Below are positions 46,168-57,716 of a stretch of DNA of 64,000 nucleotides, piece after piece. Both the position numbers and the translations under genes were made by a program. Source of the stretch: an uncultured Gammaproteobacteria bacterium. Lineage in GTDB: Bacteria > Patescibacteriota > Patescibacteriia > UBA9934. The stretch spans positions 4,208 to 68,207 of the forward strand of contig CAYNYL010000006.1 in the NCBI GenBank assembly GCA_964401485.1, read 5' to 3'. The first letter of the stretch is position 1. The number at the start of each line of letters is the position of its first letter. Under the pieces are notes generated by a model. It was not told the origin of the DNA and made no database searches. It was given only the letters and a program-made list of their open reading frames with translations.

Positions 46168-47200
46168 CGCTCGCACTCTCGAGCGTATCGACAATATGAA
46201 TCCAGGTGCGCCCGAGGTTGATCGCAACCTCTTTTCCATTTACATCATAGAACCGTAGGCGCTCCTCGTTTGATGCTTTTTTCCAAGTAATTTCTTGCAC
46301 CACCCCGTCTTGCGCGAAAAGACCGTATCCATCCCCAATCGTCGTAACTGCTTTTCGACCTTTCTCGTCGATTGTACGCACATCGGTCTCAATCACAACA
46401 ATCGAATCAACAATAACATTCGCGCCATTTTCAACCGTCATCACTTCATCTCCCTGAATACGCGTATAGCGATTTGTCTCCGAATCATAGTCCCAGCGCA
46501 CGCGGTACACTCCTAGCGATTGATTTACGCGTAACGATTCGTTTCCACGCGATGCTCCCTCTTTCCTCTTCCAGAGTCCGTACTGAAATGGCGCAACGTT
46601 AAACTCCTCGATCGCCCCGCGAAGCGACTCAATGCTCGTAAACACGTTGTGCGGCGCGTAGCGGCCGTTCGTTGTCTGGCGGTAAAAATATTCGCTTTGG
46701 AAAAACTGATCGAGGTCTTGAACAGAGTCCGTACCGTGGACTTTATCGAGCGCCTCAGGCGAACCCCCGACGTGTGCATAAATCGCCCCAAACTCCGATG
46801 CGTAATCAATATAATACGGGCGCGCCGATCGCACCGGACCAATTTTTTTTGTTTCCTGATCCTCCCGGAAAAATGCAAGGAAACGAGGAATATCTCCCTC
46901 AACCGGCGCTTCGATCACAAGAAACGCATCCTCGAGTCCCGAGAGTGGCCAAGCGTCGTAAGCATTCTCGATCATGACTCCAAAAATAACCGCACGCTCC
47001 TCCTCGATAACAACACTTTCTTCTTCGTCGCTTGGTGTAACGCTCGGCGCCTCGCTAGACCCACGCAGCACGAAGAAAAGAACAATAGCCACAACAAACA
47101 GAACACCGAAGAGAACGGCAGCGAGAGCGTAACGAAAAGAAACGAGCAGTGAAAGCCCGTTTCTTAATCGGTGTTTGAGTTGCGTTAAACGCTTCTTCAC
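46130..47200 (-). CDS. DUF3048 family protein
   Basis: VMIEN, EAPVEGDIPRF, GPVRSARPY, HVGGS, APHN. Confidence 0.88.
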   Translation of the reverse strand: MKKRLTQLKHRLRNGLSLLVSFRYALAAVLFGVLFVVAIVLFFVLRGSSEAPSVTPSDEEESVVIEEERAVIFGVMIENAYDAWPLSGLEDAFLVIEAPVEGDIPRFLAFFREDQETKKIGPVRSARPYYIDYASEFGAIYAHVGGSPEALDKVHGTDSVQDLDQFFQSEYFYRQTTNGRYAPHNVFTSIESLRGAIEEFNVAPFQYGLWKRKEGASRGNESLRVNQSLGVYRVRWDYDSETNRYTRIQGDEVMTVENGANVIVDSIVVIETDVRTIDEKGRKAVTTIGDGYGLFAQDGVVQEITWKKASNEERLRFYDVNGKEVAINLGRTWIHIVDTLESASAISIESQDGVSN

Positions 47201-47202
47201 AC

Positions 47203-47880
47203 TTATTTCTTTTCTTTTTCTGCTTTTTCCTTTTCAGCTGCCGCAGCCTTCTCCGCTTCAATCTTCGCGTTTTGTTCCGCAACCTTATCTTCAACAGGCG
47301 CATCAAGAGCCGCGAGTTCCTCTTCAGAGCGAGGAGGTTGCACGCTCGCAACCGCGAGACTCATATCCGTCTTTACCTCGATTCCCGCTGGAATCACGAT
47401 ATCGGAAACGTGAATCACATCTTCAAAGGTCTTAAGCCCTGTAACATCTACCTCGATTTCACGAACGAGAGCCGATGGAAGCGCAAGCACTTCAAGCTCA
47501 TCAACTGCGTGTGCAAAGGTTCCACCAAGCTCCTTAACCGCTGGAGCAAGTCCAACGAATTTAAGCGCAATCGTCGCCTCAACCTTCTTACTCATGTCTA
47601 CCGCACGAAAATCAACGTGCGTAACGAAGTCGGTCATCGGATCAAATTGGATATCTTGCAAAAGCACGTTGAAGGTCTTTCCTTCAGCGTCGAGCGTGAT
47701 AACCGTACTTTCTCCCGCTTCCTTATAAAGCTTCGCAACTTGGTTGCGGTCAAGAGTAAGCATCATCGGTTCCGTACCAAATCCGTACAAAACACCCGGA
47801 ACTTTTCCTTCAGCGCGAAGGTCATCCGTGTGTCGTCCTTTAATAATGCGTTTTTCCGCATGAATTGTTGCCATTTCCAT
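47203..47880 (-). CDS. rplY: 50S ribosomal protein bL25 (Ctc form)
   Basis: LRAEGKVPGVLYG, HVDF, APAVKELGG. Confidence 0.95.
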   Translation of the reverse strand: MEMATIHAEKRIIKGRHTDDLRAEGKVPGVLYGFGTEPMMLTLDRNQVAKLYKEAGESTVITLDAEGKTFNVLLQDIQFDPMTDFVTHVDFRAVDMSKKVEATIALKFVGLAPAVKELGGTFAHAVDELEVLALPSALVREIEVDVTGLKTFEDVIHVSDIVIPAGIEVKTDMSLAVASVQPPRSEEELAALDAPVEDKVAEQNAKIEAEKAAAAEKEKAEKEKK

Positions 47881-47894
47881 AGAATGCCCGTATT

Positions 47895-48191
47895 TCACAT
47901 AATTTTTATAAAACTGTCAAGTTTTAGGGCATTGTGGACAGCAATCACGTCATCCACCGAAACGGCTTCATTTTGCCAAAAACGAAGGATTTCAAAGCGA
48001 CGAAGGTCCGTCGGCATCCCTAAAACCTGAAGCGCCCCGTCAACTTCCTTCATCGAAAACAACATGGAAAGCTTACACTCTTCACATTCTCCATGAAAGA
48101 TATCCTCAATCTCTCTTCGATCAACAAGCACGAGCTGACCAGAACGGTAGGTAGAACGACACTTGGGACATGCGAAGAAAGAATGATTCAT
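47895..48191 (-). CDS. Small zinc-ribbon protein
   Basis: CPKC...CEEC and VSVDDVIAVHNAL. Confidence 0.7.
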   Translation of the reverse strand: MNHSFFACPKCRSTYRSGQLVLVDRREIEDIFHGECEECKLSMLFSMKEVDGALQVLGMPTDLRRFEILRFWQNEAVSVDDVIAVHNALKLDSFIKIM

Positions 48192-48194
48192 ACG

Positions 48195-49325
48195 TTAAGT
48201 ATACCACGGGGTATCCGTACCATCCCCTGGACGGATTCGCAAGACAATACTTTGCGCGAGCGCAACTAAGGAAAAGGAAAGAAGGAGCGAACTTCCTCCA
48301 TAGCTCACGAACGGTAGGGTGACGCCGGTCGCCGGTAGAAGCGAGAGATTGACCCCGATAATAACAAAAGACTGGATAAAAAACGCCGCAAAAATACCAA
48401 CGAGAAGAAAGACCGTGAACCCATCGCGCGCACGAGCGGTTAGTCGAAGTAAACGATACAAGAGAAGAAACAGCGCCGTAAATAACACCGTTACACCGAT
48501 AAACCCAAGCTCCTCGGCGATAATCGCAAATACAAAGTCCGTGTGACTTTCCGGTAAAAACTTAAGCTGACTTTGGGAACCAAAACCAAGCCCCTTTCCA
48601 AATAACTGACCGGAACCGATCGCGATTTTTGCTTGAATCAGGTTGTAGCCGCTATCGAGCGGATCAAGACCCGGCCGAAGAAACACCTCGATACGTTCCC
48701 GCTGATAATCCTCAAACAAAAGCCCCCAAGAAAGTGTAAAGACAAGTGCGAAAATACCTCCCAGGATCGCGAGATGCGAAAGACGGATCCCAGCGAACAA
48801 AAGGAAGATGCCCCAAATTCCGACAAGCATTCCCGCACTTCCAAGATCAGGCTGTAAAAGCACAAGAAGAACCGGGATGCCGACAATCATTCCACTTTGA
48901 TATATCTCCTTCCACCCAAAATAGTATCGAGCATGTTCCCCAAAGTACCGAGCAAGCGCAAGGATCAAGGCGAACTTCATAAACTCAACCGGCTGAAATG
49001 AGAAGAAACCGAAGTCAAACCATCCTTTCGTTCCTCCAAACACACGCCCGAAAATGATAACAAGGACTAGGAGCACGTTTCCACCGATATACATGAGCCG
49101 GGCGTAGTTACGCCACTGCAAATAATGGAAGTTGAGAATGAATACAGCAAGAAGAAGTCCAATCGCGCTTGCGATCACTTGCTTTCGAAGAAGAAGAAAC
49201 TGCCCCGCCTCCCGTCCAAGTTCTACGGAATAGATCGCCGAAAATCCAAAAAGAAGGAGAACAAAGACTGCGACAAGGATAAACCAATCAAATGATTGCA
49301 GGGTTTTGAGAAGACGGTCGAACAT
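48195..49325 (-). CDS. rodA: SEDS family peptidoglycan glycosyltransferase (RodA)
   Basis: FQPVEFMK, QPDLG, FLPESHTDFVF..IAEELG, TGVTLPFVSYGGSS. Confidence 0.9.
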   Translation of the reverse strand: MFDRLLKTLQSFDWFILVAVFVLLLFGFSAIYSVELGREAGQFLLLRKQVIASAIGLLLAVFILNFHYLQWRNYARLMYIGGNVLLVLVIIFGRVFGGTKGWFDFGFFSFQPVEFMKFALILALARYFGEHARYYFGWKEIYQSGMIVGIPVLLVLLQPDLGSAGMLVGIWGIFLLFAGIRLSHLAILGGIFALVFTLSWGLLFEDYQRERIEVFLRPGLDPLDSGYNLIQAKIAIGSGQLFGKGLGFGSQSQLKFLPESHTDFVFAIIAEELGFIGVTVLFTALFLLLYRLLRLTARARDGFTVFLLVGIFAAFFIQSFVIIGVNLSLLPATGVTLPFVSYGGSSLLLSFSLVALAQSIVLRIRPGDGTDTPWYT

Positions 49326-49334
49326 GTACCCACT

Positions 49335-50258
49335 CTAGAAGAAGAGGCGCTCTTCTTCAAGGCTCGAGGTACTATCCATGTAGACATCTGGATCGAGGTA
49401 ATCAATCATCGGAAGAATCCGAACCTCGCCAACCGTTGGCGCCGATCCATACCATTGAAGTTCAACATCACGAGATTCGCCGACCTCAAGCCCTCGAAGC
49501 GTCACGGTATTCACCCCAATGACCGTTCCAGATCGTTCAATAAGAACGAGAAAGGTCGGGCTCCAATAGGCGTAGGGAGTTGAGTTTTCGAGCGTAAACC
49601 GAGTTCGTGTAATTTCAGCGCCATCGACCAGGACCGTTTCGTGGCGCGCATTAAGAAAACGAAAATCATTGTGCGCAAAAATCCACTCCGAAATCGTCGC
49701 CGTCCCAGCGCCCGGAAGATTGCGCGGGTTCAATCGCTCAAAGACGATATCTTTGATAAGTACATCGCTAACCCCTGGGCGACTCGTTGAGGGAACGCGG
49801 TAGGCAAGAAGTCCACCTTCACTCTTTGGCATGATCGTCGCCTTCGCCAATTCCGTCTCCCCGTCCCCGGTTTCAAACGTATACGTGATCATCGCCGCCC
49901 ACTGTTCATTCGCGTTCTCAACTGGTGCAAAAAAATCATAGGTTCCTTCCGTATTTTGAAAAACGCTCGTCGAGCCAATAATCAAGGAAGAAGCCGCTCC
50001 CGATCTCGCTGCCTCCGCGTGTACGCGCGTGTTTTCCGCCATGCGCGCCACGAGCCGTTTATCAACAAACTGTCCATTTGAGACATATGCCCCAAGCGAA
50101 AAGAGCACGAAGAGCAGAAGCACGAGATCAATTCCCGCCCAAAGTCCCCAAAAAAGCCGAACAAGAAGCGGTTTTCCAACCTCAATCGCCGTATCGCGCC
50201 GATACGCGAAATCAATCTCTTTAAACGCTCCAGCTCGCTTATCCTCCCCTTCCTGCAT
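49335..50258 (-). CDS. Hypothetical membrane-anchored protein
   Basis: 307-aa ORF with one N-terminal TM. Confidence 0.7.
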   Translation of the reverse strand: MQEGEDKRAGAFKEIDFAYRRDTAIEVGKPLLVRLFWGLWAGIDLVLLLFVLFSLGAYVSNGQFVDKRLVARMAENTRVHAEAARSGAASSLIIGSTSVFQNTEGTYDFFAPVENANEQWAAMITYTFETGDGETELAKATIMPKSEGGLLAYRVPSTSRPGVSDVLIKDIVFERLNPRNLPGAGTATISEWIFAHNDFRFLNARHETVLVDGAEITRTRFTLENSTPYAYWSPTFLVLIERSGTVIGVNTVTLRGLEVGESRDVELQWYGSAPTVGEVRILPMIDYLDPDVYMDSTSSLEEERLFF

Positions 50259-50285
50259 ATAGACTAGTATAGCAAATTCTTGTAA

Positions 50286-52295
<2,010 letters not shown>

Positions 52296-52299
52296 TCCC

Positions 52300-52328
52300 T
52301 TGCAAAGAAGTTCCTTCCGTGGTATGTT
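52300..52328 (+). promoter_or_regulatory. Sigma70 promoter of secE-nusG
   Basis: TTGCAA-N17-TATGTT with extended TG. Confidence 0.6.
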
Positions 52329-52369
52329 GTCCACAACAGCCCCGGAAGGGCTTTTTAAAATAGTAAAAT

Positions 52370-52672
52370 ATGGCACTAAACAATCCGGTCGTGAATTACT
52401 TGCGTGAGTCGAAAATCGAACTCGAAAAGGTAAGTTGGCCAACGCGTAAAGACACCGTTCGCTACACGCTTGCTGTAATCTTGTTCGCCGTGATCCTTGG
52501 AGCATTTTTCGCAGTCGTTGACCAAGCATTCAACCTCGGCGTCCTTACTCTCCTTGACCTCTCGGAAACAACGGCCCCTGCCCCATCGCTCGACATCAGC
52601 GACATCACAACGACCCCGGTCGAAGTTGACGCCGACGCAACCGAGCCGGTAGCGACCGAACCTGCAAACTAA
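52370..52672 (+). CDS. secE: Preprotein translocase subunit SecE
   Basis: ELEKVSWPTR, one TM, upstream of nusG; acidic T/P-rich tail. Confidence 0.93.
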   Translation: MALNNPVVNYLRESKIELEKVSWPTRKDTVRYTLAVILFAVILGAFFAVVDQAFNLGVLTLLDLSETTAPAPSLDISDITTTPVEVDADATEPVATEPAN

Positions 52673-52673
52673 T

Positions 52674-53219
52674 ATGGCAAAACAAACAGCGAATTACGGC
52701 CGACGCTGGTATGCGATCCATACCTACTCCGGCTACGAAGAAAACGTACTTGATAACCTCAAGCAACGAATTGATACGATGGACATGGAAGAAAAAATCT
52801 TCAGCGTCCTCGTTCCAAAGGAAAAGAAAATTAAGATTAAAAACGGAAAGCGTCGCGTGATCGAGGAGAAGATTTTCCCTGGATATGTGCTCGTTGAGAT
52901 GATCGTAACCGACGATTCTTGGTACGTTGTGCGAAATACGCCAAACGTTACGGGATTCATTGGCGCCGGAACAACTCCGACCCCAATTCCACAAGAAGAA
53001 ATCGATGCGCTTATGAAGCGCGTCGGTGTCGACGAACCGGAATTTACGCTCGATGTTTCGGTCGACGATCCGGTAACGATTACAGACGGTCCATTCAAGG
53101 GTCAACAAGGAAAGGTTGCGGAAATCGACGAACAACGTGGAAAGATGAAAGTACTCGTTTCCATGTTCGGCCGAGAGACTCCTGTCGAACTCGACTTCCT
53201 TCAAGTCAAAAAGGTTTAA
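52674..53219 (+). CDS. nusG: Transcription factor NusG
   Basis: WYAIHTYSGYE, FPGYVLV, VRNTPNVTGF, FGRETPVEL. Confidence 0.98.
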   Translation: MAKQTANYGRRWYAIHTYSGYEENVLDNLKQRIDTMDMEEKIFSVLVPKEKKIKIKNGKRRVIEEKIFPGYVLVEMIVTDDSWYVVRNTPNVTGFIGAGTTPTPIPQEEIDALMKRVGVDEPEFTLDVSVDDPVTITDGPFKGQQGKVAEIDEQRGKMKVLVSMFGRETPVELDFLQVKKV

Positions 53220-53223
53220 AAAG

Positions 53224-53249
53224 ATACGCCCACCCGGGCGTGTTTTTTT
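53224..53249 (+). terminator. Terminator after nusG
   Basis: ATACGCCC-ACCC-GGGCGTGT plus T run. Confidence 0.8.
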
Positions 53250-53278
53250 ATCTAGCGATTGCTATACTTTGTACAACT

Positions 53279-54142
53279 ATGTCTTTTATTACACTTATCA
53301 TCGCCATGATCATCGAACTAACGATGACTTCGTTTATCGCGTCTACCGACGTTTCATATAATGGTGACGGCAAGGGCGAGTATCCAACGAATCTAGCCCA
53401 AGTAGAACCCAATCGAGGTGAAACAGAGGAAGGCTCAAGACTTCGCGCCGAAAATATCGCACAGGTTGAAACGCAAGCAAAAGCAATGGAACAAACGCTT
53501 GCCGAGGGCGAAAGAACATGGATCGGACGCATTGCCGGTGAAGTCGACGATTCGGACGGAAGCCTTCCCACCATTCCATTCGAAATCGTTAAGGTTGAAA
53601 ATGGGGCTGAAACAGTCGTCTACAGCACGATCGTTTACACTTACTCTAGTACAACGATCAGCGTTCAAGACGATAGCGTCGTCATTTCCGATTACCAAGG
53701 TGCGCCGGAGGGTGGACATTTTACCGATATTTTCTTTGTTAACGGAGAAGAACGGTACCGCGTGGAATACGGTGGCGCCTGGGGCTATGTACGCTCGCTT
53801 ACCGTCAAAAAAGAATCCACGCCTCAATTCGATATTTTACTTGCGTCAAGCGAGCAATGCGTACATAGAACCCTTTACGATTCGAGCGAAACGCCCGATC
53901 AAACCGAGGTAACGGGGCTTATTCTCGTCGAATTTCAGTACAATGAATTCTACCCGATTCCAAAAGGTCCAATCGCGGTACCATGCGAATTTATAGATTC
54001 CGTACAATATAATCCAACATTTAGAGTGGAGAGTATCACGCCAATCGTAAATGGCATCGCGATTACGCTTCCTGGTGGCAGAAAGGCGTTTGTTGAGATC
54101 GCAGATGACGGCACGGCAGATGTTATTTATCCAAACTTTTGA
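53279..54142 (+). CDS. Hypothetical acidic exported protein
   Basis: ATG 53279 ten nt after TATACT; hydrophobic N-terminus; no family recognised. Confidence 0.65.
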   Translation: MSFITLIIAMIIELTMTSFIASTDVSYNGDGKGEYPTNLAQVEPNRGETEEGSRLRAENIAQVETQAKAMEQTLAEGERTWIGRIAGEVDDSDGSLPTIPFEIVKVENGAETVVYSTIVYTYSSTTISVQDDSVVISDYQGAPEGGHFTDIFFVNGEERYRVEYGGAWGYVRSLTVKKESTPQFDILLASSEQCVHRTLYDSSETPDQTEVTGLILVEFQYNEFYPIPKGPIAVPCEFIDSVQYNPTFRVESITPIVNGIAITLPGGRKAFVEIADDGTADVIYPNF

Positions 54143-54768
54143 AGGAGAATCGGAACCTGTTCGTCAAAAACCACGAGCGTTACTCGATCATTGTCAAAGA
54201 ATGTATAGCGGAACACGAGGGGAAGTGAAAAAATGGTTTGCAGGATAACAGAGAGAGCTTCCGGGTTTTCGAGTCGGAAGGAAACGATCGCGAGGTCAAC
54301 CTCTCCCGCTGTCATCGTCGTGTGCAGTTCCGGTTCTTGTGAAAACGCCGCAAGATGATCCATCGGAAAAAAGAGATCTATCCCCTCTTTCGTATTGAGC
54401 GTAATCGGTATCGAGCCTCCGCGTCTTTGAACCCACGCCTCGGTTAATCTCGCGACGTGCATATCGGTATACCGACAATGTGCAAGTCCATTCCAAACAG
54501 AAACATCTCGGACAATAGGCGTCGGCTGTACATAATGTGAGTGATGTTTTTGCATTCTTCGGAGCGCCATTACGATAGCGGGTATCGAGACCTGTCGCCC
54601 AACCGCACCACTGACCGACGCTTGAATTACCCGGGCGTACGCAGTGATATTGAGAAATCCTCTTGTGAAAGCCTCTCTTGCAGACGTATCCAACAAAAAC
54701 GCTTCTTTGATGTGGTTTTGAAGTTTTGGGTAGGCCACCTCTGCCTGGTACTGACCCTTTGACAGCAT
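54127..54768 (-). CDS. HTH plus ACT-like domain protein (putative ligand-sensing regulator)
   Basis: NITAYARVI...VSIPAIVMALRR N-terminal motif and ACT-like C-terminus. Confidence 0.6.
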   Translation of the reverse strand: MLSKGQYQAEVAYPKLQNHIKEAFLLDTSAREAFTRGFLNITAYARVIQASVSGAVGRQVSIPAIVMALRRMQKHHSHYVQPTPIVRDVSVWNGLAHCRYTDMHVARLTEAWVQRRGGSIPITLNTKEGIDLFFPMDHLAAFSQEPELHTTMTAGEVDLAIVSFRLENPEALSVILQTIFSLPLVFRYTFFDNDRVTLVVFDEQVPILLQKFG

Positions 54769-54980
54769 ATTTTTGTTATAATTATAACAGAATCGTTAGA
54801 TTTATAACAAAAGCGAGGCCTAAAAGAGTGCCGAGGTGGGATGCCCATACCACCCACGAAAAAATGATCCTAAAATCCCCCGAGGTTTGACAAAAATCCA
54901 CAAATAGGGCAAAATCCCAGCACTAATTCACGACATAGTTGCCGTCCAAAAAACGGAATCTATTCTAAAAATACGTCGTT

Positions 54981-55406
54981 ATGGCAGAGAAAAAGATCAA
55001 AGCCGTCGTCAAAATTCAGGCGACGGGAGGTGCCGCGACTCCAGCGCCACCGCTCGGACCGATCCTCGGTCAACAAGGAGTCAACATTGCGCAGTTTGTT
55101 AATGACTTTAACAACGCCACGCAAGATCGAAAGGGAGAAATCGTTCCAGCCGTCCTTACGATTTACGAAGACCGAAGCTTTAGCTTCGTCCTTAAAATCG
55201 CCCCAGCGTCAGAGCTTATCAAAAAAGCAGCGAAGATCGCTAAGGGATCCGGAAAGCCACTTTCCGAGAAAGTCGGATCGATTACGAAGGATCAGCTCCG
55301 CGAAATCGCGACAGCAAAACTTCCAGACCTTAATACAAACGACGTGGACCGAGCGATGAACATTATCGCCGGAACATGCCGACAGATGGGCGTTGAGATC
55401 AAATAA
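54981..55406 (+). CDS. rplK: 50S ribosomal protein uL11
   Basis: ATPAPPLGPILGQ, KLPDLN, IAGTCRQMG. Confidence 0.98.
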   Translation: MAEKKIKAVVKIQATGGAATPAPPLGPILGQQGVNIAQFVNDFNNATQDRKGEIVPAVLTIYEDRSFSFVLKIAPASELIKKAAKIAKGSGKPLSEKVGSITKDQLREIATAKLPDLNTNDVDRAMNIIAGTCRQMGVEIK

Positions 55407-55407
55407 T

Positions 55408-56091
55408 ATGAATAAACGCTATACGGAAGCAAAAGCGAAAATCAACAAGTCGCAGCTTCACTCAATCACCGAAGCCGTCGCACTCGTACAGAGCATGCCA
55501 AAGGCAGCTTTCGACGAAACCGTTGAGATCCATGTTCGCGTCGGAATCGACCCAAAGCAAGGAGACCAACAGGTACGAGGAACAATCGCCCTTCCACACG
55601 GATCGGGAAAGCAGGTCCGCGTCGCCGCCTTCGTCGACAGTGCAAATGAAACAGCCGCAAAGAACGCGGGAGCAGATATCGTCGCTACAGAAGAAACGAT
55701 TGAACAAATCGTTGCAACCGGAAAAATCGACTTTGACGTCGCGGTTGCCGTTCCAGCAATGATGCCTAAGCTCGCTAAGGCCGCGAAGGTTCTCGGACCT
55801 CGTGGACTCATGCCGAACCCAAAGACAGATACAGTTGGACCAAACATCGAAAAAATGATCACGGAACAAAAGGGTGGAAAGGTCTCGTTTAAGAACGACA
55901 ACACCTGCAATATCCACACGATCGTTGGTAAAGTATCGTTTGACGCGACAAAACTCGCCGAAAACATCGCACTTACCCTTGAGACAATCAAGAAAGCAAA
56001 ACCAAACTCGTCAAAAGGAGTCTATATGAAGACCGCCTTCCTCACGACGACAATGGGACCATCAATCAAACTCGATCTCTCTACGATCTAA
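55408..56091 (+). CDS. rplA: 50S ribosomal protein uL1
   Basis: FDETVE, LPHGSG, LGPRGLMPNPK, TTMGP. Confidence 0.98.
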   Translation: MNKRYTEAKAKINKSQLHSITEAVALVQSMPKAAFDETVEIHVRVGIDPKQGDQQVRGTIALPHGSGKQVRVAAFVDSANETAAKNAGADIVATEETIEQIVATGKIDFDVAVAVPAMMPKLAKAAKVLGPRGLMPNPKTDTVGPNIEKMITEQKGGKVSFKNDNTCNIHTIVGKVSFDATKLAENIALTLETIKKAKPNSSKGVYMKTAFLTTTMGPSIKLDLSTI

Positions 56092-56092
56092 G

Positions 56093-56125
56093 GAAAAGCG
56101 CCCACACGGGCGTTTTTTCTTTTTT
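56093..56125 (+). terminator. Terminator after rplA
   Basis: AAAAGCGCCC-ACAC-GGGCGTTTTT plus further T run. Confidence 0.8.
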
Positions 56126-56150
56126 CGGGGGCGTGCTAAGCTTTTCTCGT

Positions 56151-56801
56151 ATGATCCTTACCCGCGCGCATATTCTAGACCGGATTAAGACTGGGGACCT
56201 CGCGTTTACGCCCGCGCTTGACCAATTCCAGCTCCAACCCCACGCAATCGACCTTCGCCTCGGTTACCGATTTCTTATTCCGAAGAATTGGATGATGACG
56301 GACCGCGGGCGAAAGGCGCTTACGGTTTCGATTGAGCCGGATCAGTTTCACGCCGAACACTTTGATGAAGTCATATTACAGCCGGGTCAGTACTTTGAAT
56401 TACTCCCGAATGAATTTGTTATCGGAACAAGCCTGGAGAAAATCGAAATGCGGGCGGGTGATTTAATGGCGATTTTGTTTCCGCGAACGTCGACCAACCG
56501 CCGAGGGATCAACCTGTCGCTTTCCGGGATCATTGACGCCGGCTACTCGGGCACGCTTATTTTCCCGATGAAAAACGAGGCGGGTAACCAAGTAATCCGA
56601 ATTTTCCCGGGCGAGCGCGTATGCCAAATCGTCTTTGAAGAACTCTCCTCTTCCCTTTCCCCGGAAGAAGCAAATCTCCACGGGCTCAACCAAGCAAAAT
56701 ACACGAACGCGGGTAACAATTTTAAAGTCGATAAGCAGGAAGAAACCTCCCTTTTAACCGCTGGCGATCTTGATAAACTCAAACAAAACTACCCTCTATG
56801 A
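56151..56801 (+). CDS. dCTP deaminase-family protein lacking the catalytic Glu
   Basis: QPHAIDLRLG, RTSTNRRG, IIDAGYSG, PGERVCQIVF; Pro where Dcd has the catalytic Glu. Confidence 0.85.
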   Translation: MILTRAHILDRIKTGDLAFTPALDQFQLQPHAIDLRLGYRFLIPKNWMMTDRGRKALTVSIEPDQFHAEHFDEVILQPGQYFELLPNEFVIGTSLEKIEMRAGDLMAILFPRTSTNRRGINLSLSGIIDAGYSGTLIFPMKNEAGNQVIRIFPGERVCQIVFEELSSSLSPEEANLHGLNQAKYTNAGNNFKVDKQEETSLLTAGDLDKLKQNYPL

Positions 56802-57232
56802 CGCGACCAAGCTGGGACGAGTACTTTATGAGCATGGCAGAGCTCGCCTCTACACGCTCCACCTGCGACCGCCTTCAAGCAGGAGCAATATTAGTAAAAG
56901 ATAAGCGGGTTCTTGCCACGGGATACAACGGCTCGCCAGCCGGCCTTGATCACTGTGATGACGTTGGTCACCTTATGGAAGATGGCCACTGCATACGCAC
57001 TCTTCACGCAGAAGAAAACACCCTGCTCCAATGCGCAAAGTTTGGAGTTATAAGTGAGGGATCAACGATTTACACAGTCGCCTCTCCCTGCTACCACTGC
57101 TTCAAAAAGCTTGTAGCAGGAGGGGTGAAGGAGATCGTGGCAAAAAAAATCTATCGAGACAGCACAATTGAGCAATCCTGCAAGAACGCAGGGATTGTCT
57201 TCCGTCTGTTTACAAAATCCGATAATGCATGA
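56798..57232 (+). CDS. dCMP deaminase (ComEB/DCTD family)
   Basis: RPSWDEYFM, RSTC, TGYNG, HAEEN, PCYHC. Confidence 0.93.
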   Translation: MTRPSWDEYFMSMAELASTRSTCDRLQAGAILVKDKRVLATGYNGSPAGLDHCDDVGHLMEDGHCIRTLHAEENTLLQCAKFGVISEGSTIYTVASPCYHCFKKLVAGGVKEIVAKKIYRDSTIEQSCKNAGIVFRLFTKSDNA

Positions 57233-57716
57233 GCACCGCGCTCTCGTTGAGCATCTTTGATTCAACAAATTTTAGGCGCTGGTTGAACTTACCGGAAACA
57301 AATGGAACGCCGTCGCCGAAGACAATTGGCTCGATTGTCGCAAAGACGTCGGTCACGAGTCCCGCTTCGAGAAATGCCGAGTAGATTTGTGCTCCACCGC
57401 CAATAACAACCTTCTCGTAACCACGATTTTTAAGATCCTCGAGGATTTCCTTCGGGGATTTTTCGGTCCATTCTACTTGCCCCGGAAGTGATTCCTTCCC
57501 CAACACATCGCGAGTCATGATAACAAGCAGGCGGTCTTTTAATGGTCTATTGATTGTTGCGAAAGTTGCGCTTCCCATGATAACAACGCGAGCCTCTTTC
57601 GTTTTCGAAACAAAGTACGCCGTGTCTTCTTTACTCGTCCAAACAAGCGACGACTCGTCTTTCGCGCAAGAGATCTTCCCATCAAGCGACAATGCAACAA
57701 CAATTTCTACCTTCAT
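57210..57716 (-). CDS. Dihydrofolate reductase family protein
   Basis: SLDGKI, EDTAYF, VIMGSATF, RPLKDR, GGAQIY; coupled to thyA. Confidence 0.85.
   Translation of the reverse strand: MKVEIVVALSLDGKISCAKDESSLVWTSKEDTAYFVSKTKEARVVIMGSATFATINRPLKDRLLVIMTRDVLGKESLPGQVEWTEKSPKEILEDLKNRGYEKVVIGGGAQIYSAFLEAGLVTDVFATIEPIVFGDGVPFVSGKFNQRLKFVESKMLNESAVLMHYRIL

Noticed and set aside
52919-53278. N-terminal extension of the 407-aa ORF overlapping nusG
   Set aside because: Runs through nusG and its terminator; ATG 53279 with an upstream -10 box is the plausible start.
54820-54860. T-box or L1-leader call for the GGGTGGTA / GTGGGA..ACCAC segment
   Set aside because: Only a partial match, no terminator/antiterminator, and it lies upstream of the apparent rplK promoter.
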